Source: an uncultured bacterium
GTDB taxonomy: Bacteria > Abyssobacteria > SURF-5
Length of the DNA stretch: 13,151 nt
NCBI GenBank assembly: GCA_964510165.1
Contig: CAZEBC010000115.1
Span: forward strand, 1-13,151
Direction of reading: 5' to 3'
Under the pieces are notes generated by a model. It was not told the DNA's origin and searched no databases. It worked only from the letters and a program-made list of their open reading frames with translations. Below, in pieces: positions 8,467 to 13,151 of the stretch (positions within the stretch are counted from its first letter, which is position 1; each line of letters starts with the position of its first letter). The position numbers were made by a program, and so were the translations under genes.

Positions 8467-8622
8467 TCGCGATGAAAATAGATGGTCGAATCGCCGGGAT
8501 TCAGCTTATTGATCCGTGGTTTGCGTCGCAGCGCCTGTTCTTACCTTAAGACCACACAGTGAGACGTGAGACCCTTTTGCGGAGGGAGATGTCTCGGCCA
8601 AAGAAGCGTTACGTTTCTTGTC

Positions 8623-10098
8623 TCAGGCTGGTTCCGTAGCGGGTGCGAGCGAACGCGAATTGCGCGGTATGCTGATTAGGAACGAACAGCCGCCGCCGGG
8701 GGTGGATTCGACCCACAGCCGCCCTCCATGGGCGGTCACCATCTTGTGGGCCGACGCGAGCCCGACTCCTATTCCCTTCTTCATCCTCGATCCCGGCAGG
8801 GTGTGGAACAGCTTGAAGATATCGTCCTGGTCCGTTTCGGCGACGCCGGGTCCGTCGTCGCGCACGAAGAGCGTGACCCATTCGTCATCCGCCTCGGCCA
8901 CGCCAATCTCGATCCGGGTCTCGGCAAACTTGATGGCGTTGGTGACGAGGTTCTCGACGGCCCTTGTGAAGTATTTCTCATCCACCTCGACTACCATCCC
9001 CTCACCCTTCGGGACCGATTCGCCGTTTGCGCCGGTGATCGTCAAAAGGCGCCCCTTCGCGGAAGCCTGCGGACCGTATGTCCGCGCGATGTTTCGCAGC
9101 AGCGCCATGAGATCCACTTTCCGCACTTCCAGTCTCGCCTTGCCGATCTCGAACTTCTTGTATTCGAGAAAGTCCTCGACCAGTCCGATGACCGCGTTGC
9201 ATGCGCGCTCGATCTTCTCATAATACTCTGGATGCTTGTCCGACGGGATGGTGCCGTCGCGAAGCATATACACGGTGAACAAGATCGCCGAGAGTGGATT
9301 CTTGATGTCATGGGTGAGCATGTGAAGAAATTCCTCGCGCTCCGATTCGAACGCAAGCTGCGCGGTGATGTCACGGGCGAGCCCCTCGGTGCCGATGTAG
9401 TTTGAGCCCCTGTAGATGCCGCGCGAATTTATCTCGAACGTGTGATAATTATCGTCCTTTGCCCTGAGTCGAACACGCACCCCCTTGGTCAGCCGGCTCT
9501 CGTCCGCCCTGCGCTCGCGGAGCACCCGCTCATAATTGCCGTAGTCCTCGGGGTGCACGATGCTTGAAAGGGGCTTATCCAGCAAGTCCTCTTTTGCGTA
9601 GCCCAGCAGTTCCGTCACTTCCTCGTTGACCGAGGCCACCCTGCCGTCAGGGTCGAGGTAGTAGAGCAGGTCGGGAACGTTTTCGACGAGGTGCCTGAAT
9701 TTCTCTTCCGAGACCTGCAGGTCCTTGATCTTCTGCTCCAGTTGGTTGGTGATCTGGTTGAACGAGTGAACCAGCATCGACATCTCGGAGCGCTCGTTCC
9801 GGATTTCCAATCTCTTGGAAAGGTCCCCCTCCGCGATCTCCTTGGCGAGTTCGGACGTCTTCAGGATCGTGATGACAACCGTGCGCGACAGCAGAAAGCC
9901 CAGAATCGCCACGCCCACGCTCAGCAGCAGGAACACGCTTACCTGTGTCCACACTCCCAGGTCGGGCAGCCATATCGTGGTAATAATGTATGTCGTGAGG
10001 AGCATCGGGATGATGCTCATCAATGCAAACGAAAGCACCAGCCGATAGGCGATTCGCTCGTCCAGTATGTTCGAGAAGAAGGTCTTCTCCTTGGCCAT
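8623..10098 (-). CDS. Membrane sensor histidine kinase (2 TM - HAMP - PAS - HisKA - HATPase)
   Basis: Two N-terminal TM helices. HAMP: AKEIAEGDLSKRLE...EMSMLVHSFNQI. PAS: SEEKFRHLVENVPD...LLGY...IVHPED...ARDIT. H-box LTHDIKNPLSAI, N-box ENLVTNAIKF, G1 DDGPG, G2 GIGVGL. RBS AAAGAGG upstream of ATG 10098. Confidence 0.95.
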   Translation of the reverse strand: MAKEKTFFSNILDERIAYRLVLSFALMSIIPMLLTTYIITTIWLPDLGVWTQVSVFLLLSVGVAILGFLLSRTVVITILKTSELAKEIAEGDLSKRLEIRNERSEMSMLVHSFNQITNQLEQKIKDLQVSEEKFRHLVENVPDLLYYLDPDGRVASVNEEVTELLGYAKEDLLDKPLSSIVHPEDYGNYERVLRERRADESRLTKGVRVRLRAKDDNYHTFEINSRGIYRGSNYIGTEGLARDITAQLAFESEREEFLHMLTHDIKNPLSAILFTVYMLRDGTIPSDKHPEYYEKIERACNAVIGLVEDFLEYKKFEIGKARLEVRKVDLMALLRNIARTYGPQASAKGRLLTITGANGESVPKGEGMVVEVDEKYFTRAVENLVTNAIKFAETRIEIGVAEADDEWVTLFVRDDGPGVAETDQDDIFKLFHTLPGSRMKKGIGVGLASAHKMVTAHGGRLWVESTPGGGCSFLISIPRNSRSLAPATEPA

Positions 10099-10182
10099 GC
10101 GTGCCTCTTTCGTCCGAGCCGCAAGCAGTTAACCTTTGGGATAAATCTGCGATGATTCGTTTAATGGCCCGTACAAGAGGCA

Positions 10183-10199
10183 AGCACAAATCATGCCAG
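10183..10199 (-). promoter_or_regulatory. Putative sigma-54 (-24/-12) promoter for the histidine kinase gene
   Basis: Minus strand reads CTGGCATGATTTGTGCT: exact GG-N10-GC spacing and close to the consensus YTGGCACG-N4-TTGCW. It is intergenic, about 85 nt upstream of the kinase ATG. Confidence 0.6.
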
Positions 10200-10254
10200 A
10201 AACCGGCCTAATCCGGGGTGGGTGGAAAGGACCAATGTTGCGCGGCGGCCGGCT

Positions 10255-11817
10255 TCACGTAAGCCCTTGCCAGCAACCGGCCAGACGCGGGTCGGAGCCT
10301 CCAATCAGGCTCCCGTCTTCTCGAAACATGATGCACTGAGCGCCGCCGAAGAAATCCATCTCGTCCATCATCATATGTCCCCTTGCGGACAGAGAGCGCA
10401 CAACATTTGCTCCAAATGCGGATTCCAGCGCGAGCTTGCCCGCGTCATAGCTGCGCCAGCGAGCCGCGTCTATTGCCTGCTGGGGCATCATCCCGAAGTC
10501 AATGATATTCATGAGAATCTGGAGCAGCCCCTGCGGCTGTTGATCGCCTCCGATGCACCCTATAACAAGATACGGATATGAGTTCCTCATGACCATGCAG
10601 GGCACAAGCGTGTGCATCGGTCGCTTGTGAGGCTGAAGCGAATTCGGATGCGAGGGGTCAAGCACAAAGCCTCTACCCCTGTTCTGCAGGATAATCCCCG
10701 TGTCGCCCGCCACCATGCCCGAACCGAATGGGAAGAACAAACTGTTGATGAAGGAAACCGCATTGCCTTCTTTGTCAACAACGCAGAAGTACGTCGTGTC
10801 GCCCCTGCCCTCACTGATTGCGGGCATGCTCGCCTTTCGAGGATTGATGTGCGCCCTCTGCATCGCCGCATACTTTTTCGAGAGCAAATCGGACACGGGC
10901 GGCTCATTGAAATCGGGGTCGCACACGAAACGGTCTCTATCCGCGAACGCCAGTTTCTTGGCTTCCACCTGGTGGTGCACGAGGTCCGCAGGATCATCTC
11001 GCAAAGACCGGACGTCATAGCCCTCAATGATGTTGAGCATTTCCAGAAGCGCGATCCCCTGTGAATTTGGTGGAATCACCTGTACCTCATTGCCGCGATA
11101 CGTCGTGCGGAGCGGTTCCACCCAGTTAGACGTGTGCTCCGCAAAATCGCGCTCCGACAGGAGCCCGCCGGCATCGCGGACGGCTTTGGCTATTCGACGC
11201 CCCAACGATCCGCCGTACATGGCGCATGGCCCTTCCGCTGCGACGAGATCAAGGCTCTCGCCGAGTGCTTCCTGCCTCAGCGTTTCGCCGGGAGCCGGCA
11301 CTCCGCCGTCGGGTTTCAAATAAACTCGCGCCGTGTCGGAAAATTGGCGAATTACTTCGGTGTGCAGGCCGATGTAAAGACTTATTGCGGCGTTTATCTC
11401 GAACCCGCGCTTCGCCAGTTCGATGGCGGGATGCAGCAGTTTCTCAAACGGAATGGTCCCGTAGCGCTCGTGCAACATACACCAGCCGCTCAGCGCGCCC
11501 GGCGTAGTGACCGAGAGCGGCCCGCGCTCGGGCACGATCGAGAGCCCGCGCCTCTTATACTCCTCGGTCGACGCCTGAAACGGCGAACGCCCACTCGAGT
11601 TGATCCCCACCACCTTGCCTTCGTTCCTGAAGAACACGAGTGCAAACATGTCCCCGCCGATTCCGGTGCTGGGCATGTCCACAACATTCAACGCCGCCGC
11701 GACCGCGATGGCTGAATCCACACAGTTGCCGCCCTGTCGCAGGATGTCAATCCCGATTTGGGTCGCCAGCGGATGCGCCGTCGCCACCATCGCCCTGTAT
11801 GTTTCACGCCTTGTCAT
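10255..11817 (-). CDS. ggt: Gamma-glutamyltransferase family protein (Ntn hydrolase, cytoplasmic YwrD/HpxW-like type)
   Basis: AMVATAHPLATQIGIDILRQGGNCVDSAIA, GIGGDMF, PPNSQG, autoprocessing site GD|TTYFCVVDKEGNAVSFINS, GIILQNRG, PHKRPMHTL, GGDQQPQG and GGSDPR. No signal peptide. Confidence 0.93.
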   Translation of the reverse strand: MTRRETYRAMVATAHPLATQIGIDILRQGGNCVDSAIAVAAALNVVDMPSTGIGGDMFALVFFRNEGKVVGINSSGRSPFQASTEEYKRRGLSIVPERGPLSVTTPGALSGWCMLHERYGTIPFEKLLHPAIELAKRGFEINAAISLYIGLHTEVIRQFSDTARVYLKPDGGVPAPGETLRQEALGESLDLVAAEGPCAMYGGSLGRRIAKAVRDAGGLLSERDFAEHTSNWVEPLRTTYRGNEVQVIPPNSQGIALLEMLNIIEGYDVRSLRDDPADLVHHQVEAKKLAFADRDRFVCDPDFNEPPVSDLLSKKYAAMQRAHINPRKASMPAISEGRGDTTYFCVVDKEGNAVSFINSLFFPFGSGMVAGDTGIILQNRGRGFVLDPSHPNSLQPHKRPMHTLVPCMVMRNSYPYLVIGCIGGDQQPQGLLQILMNIIDFGMMPQQAIDAARWRSYDAGKLALESAFGANVVRSLSARGHMMMDEMDFFGGAQCIMFREDGSLIGGSDPRLAGCWQGLT

Positions 11818-11829
11818 GGTCTGCCCTAC

Positions 11830-11991
11830 CTACCTCTCGGCGAGCCACCTGTCTGTGCCTATATTTTTCCTTCTCATCAGCGCCTGCCGCCGCGCGAGGA
11901 CAGCCTGCTTCGCCTCTTCCGCGTTCAGCGCGGGATCGCCCAGACTCCCGCAATGCAGGCCACATACCGGCGCCAGATTCTTATCGGGCAT
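11830..11991 (-). pseudogene. Small 53-aa ORF, probable internally deleted DUF3795-like Cys-rich protein
   Basis: ATG 11991 has an AAGGAG RBS and gives MPDKNLAPVCGLHCGSLGDPALNAEEAKQAVLARRQALMRRKNIGTDRWLAER*. The APVCGLxCG start and RRKxIGTxxWL end resemble DUF3795 proteins, but the central Cys motifs are absent. It ends 12 nt before the ggt start. Confidence 0.55.
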
Positions 11992-12047
11992 GACACTCTC
12001 CTTCAATCGGGTTGGCGGAATCAATTCGTGGGACGAACTATCCATAG

Positions 12048-12056
12048 ATTATATCA
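12048..12056 (-). promoter_or_regulatory. Extended -10 sigma-70-type element for the small ORF-ggt unit
   Basis: Minus strand TGATATAAT is a perfect TGnTATAAT, about 55 nt upstream of ATG 11991. This supports 11991 over 12045 as the start. Confidence 0.55.
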
Positions 12057-12073
12057 AACTGACCGCCCCGCGT

Positions 12074-12102
12074 TTGCCAAATCTGTGAGCTTTTGTTAAT
12101 TT
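12074..12102 (+). promoter_or_regulatory. Putative sigma-70 promoter for the pdh operon
   Basis: TTGCCA (12074-12079), 17-nt spacer, then TAATTT (12097-12102) preceded by TG-n, in the AT-rich divergent intergenic region. Confidence 0.4.
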
Positions 12103-12155
12103 ATATGCCAAAATAATGGGACACCTTGGGCCGTGACTGTGGAGGTGAGGCCGCC

Positions 12156-13118
12156 GTGGAACGCGAAGTGTTGATTGACCTGTACAAGAAGATGGCGCTC
12201 ATTCGCAGGTTCGAGGAAAAAACCGACCAGATGTATAAGCGGGGCAAGATAACCGGATTTTGCCATCTCTACATCGGCGAAGAAGCCAATGCCGCCGGCG
12301 CCATCTCGGCCATACGAGAAACCGACTACGTGGTCACCGGCTACCGCGAGCATGGACAGGCCCTCATGAAGGGGATCGAGCCGAAACTGGTCATGGCCGA
12401 ACTGTTCGGAAAGCAGGCGGGCATCTCGAAGGGCAAGGGAGGCTCGATGCATCTGTTCAGTCCCGAAAAGCGATTCTTTGGGGGTGACGCCATCGTCGCC
12501 GGAAACCTGCCGCTCGCTGCAGGAGCTGCGCTTGCCGCGACGTACACGAAGACCGACGATATCGTGTTGTGTGTCTTCGGTGATGGCGCCGTCAACGAAG
12601 GCGCATTCCATGAGTCCCTGAATCTCGCGTCTCTTTGGAACCTCCCCGTCCTCTTCTATTGTGAGAACAACCGCTATGGTATGGGAACGGCTGTCGAGCG
12701 GGCTTCCCCCGTCGAGGACCTCGCCAAGCGGGCGGCTGCGTACAACATCGACTGGCACATCATTGACGGGATGGACGTGGTGGAGGTCTATGAGGCCGTC
12801 AAGGAGGCCGCCGAACGGATTCGCTCCAGCAAGCGTCCCGAGATGATCGAGTCGAAGACTTACCGCTTCAAAGGCCATTCCGTCGCCGACCCCGAGGTCT
12901 ACCGCTCCAAGGAAGAAGTGAAGGAATGGACCAGGCGTGACCCTTTGGAACGACTGCGCGGAAAGCTCAAGGGCGACGGCATACTGAGCGACGAAGAGTT
13001 TGGCAAAATCGCCGATGAGGTTGAAGCAATCGTTAATGAAGCCATAGAGTTTGCCGACCAGGCCGAGTTCCCGCCCCCATCGGCGGTGTGCGAACACGTG
13101 TACGCGGGGAAATTCTGA
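12156..13118 (+). CDS. pdhA: Pyruvate dehydrogenase E1 component alpha subunit
   Basis: IRRFEEK, GFCHLYIGEEA, YREHG, SKGKGGSMH, ThDP-binding motif FGDGAVNEGAFHESLNLASLWNLPVLFYCENN, and TYRFKGHSVADPEVYRSKEEV. GTG 12156 follows GGAGGTG (12141-12147) and is preferred over TTG 12126. Confidence 0.95.
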   Translation: MEREVLIDLYKKMALIRRFEEKTDQMYKRGKITGFCHLYIGEEANAAGAISAIRETDYVVTGYREHGQALMKGIEPKLVMAELFGKQAGISKGKGGSMHLFSPEKRFFGGDAIVAGNLPLAAGAALAATYTKTDDIVLCVFGDGAVNEGAFHESLNLASLWNLPVLFYCENNRYGMGTAVERASPVEDLAKRAAAYNIDWHIIDGMDVVEVYEAVKEAAERIRSSKRPEMIESKTYRFKGHSVADPEVYRSKEEVKEWTRRDPLERLRGKLKGDGILSDEEFGKIADEVEAIVNEAIEFADQAEFPPPSAVCEHVYAGKF

Positions 13119-13119
13119 C

Positions 13120-13151
13120 ATGGCTGAGATCAGATATCGGGAGGCGTTGAG
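13120..13151 (+). CDS. pdhB: Pyruvate dehydrogenase E1 beta subunit, 5' end (runs off window)
   Basis: ATG 1 nt after the pdhA stop gives MAEIRYREAL, the typical E1-beta N-terminus (MxxxxYREAL), in the expected operon position. Confidence 0.8.
   Translation, partial: MAEIRYREAL

Noticed and set aside
8472..8549. 25-codon ORF MKIDGRIAGIQLIDPWFASQRLFLP after the second MFS gene
   Set aside because: No RBS or recognisable motif; length is compatible with chance.
8490..8550. Minus-strand GACGCAAACCACGGATC resembling part of a c-di-GMP-I riboswitch
   Set aside because: No GGCAAAC/GNRA P2 stem, P3 does not close, and it lies downstream of convergent genes rather than in a leader.
2277..11715. 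Numerous 60-260 aa overlapping or antisense ORFs in the ORF track (e.g. 2530-3219, 5169-5945, 8728-9405, 11134-11715)
   Set aside because: They lie within well-supported genes, show no family motifs, and are expected at this GC content.
12096..13121. 341-aa antisense ORF spanning pdhA
   Set aside because: It is the codon-register mirror of a conserved GC-biased gene with no recognisable motifs, so a typical shadow ORF.
1..13151. CRISPR array, IS or integrase, rRNA/tRNA, defence system
   Set aside because: No regularly spaced repeats, recombinase or transposase motifs, cloverleaf structures or defence-type domains were seen.

Overview
GC-rich bacterial chromosomal window of mostly metabolic and membrane genes. 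Plus strand: MFS transporter, alkylglycerone-phosphate-synthase-like FAD oxidoreductase, YfhO-family (GT-C-like) polytopic membrane protein, fold-type IV aminotransferase with (R)-selective amine transaminase signatures, and a second MFS transporter. Minus strand: orphan TM-HAMP-PAS histidine kinase with a sigma-54-like promoter, a signal-peptide-less gamma-glutamyltransferase-family protein, and a small Cys-motif ORF. The window ends with the divergent pdhA and the first codons of pdhB. Three gene remnants were found by hand translation and motif recognition: an FGGY kinase N-terminus (1452-1562), a sulfatase-like C-terminus (about 3347-3451) and an internally shortened DUF3795-like ORF (11830-11991). 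Together they suggest a locus shaped by deletions. I found no mobile elements, CRISPR arrays, rRNA or tRNA. I cannot support a clear-cut new multi-gene system; the best leads are the candidate (R)-amine transaminase, the AGPS-like/YfhO lipid-related pairing and the deletion scars. All family calls come from motif recognition, not database searches.
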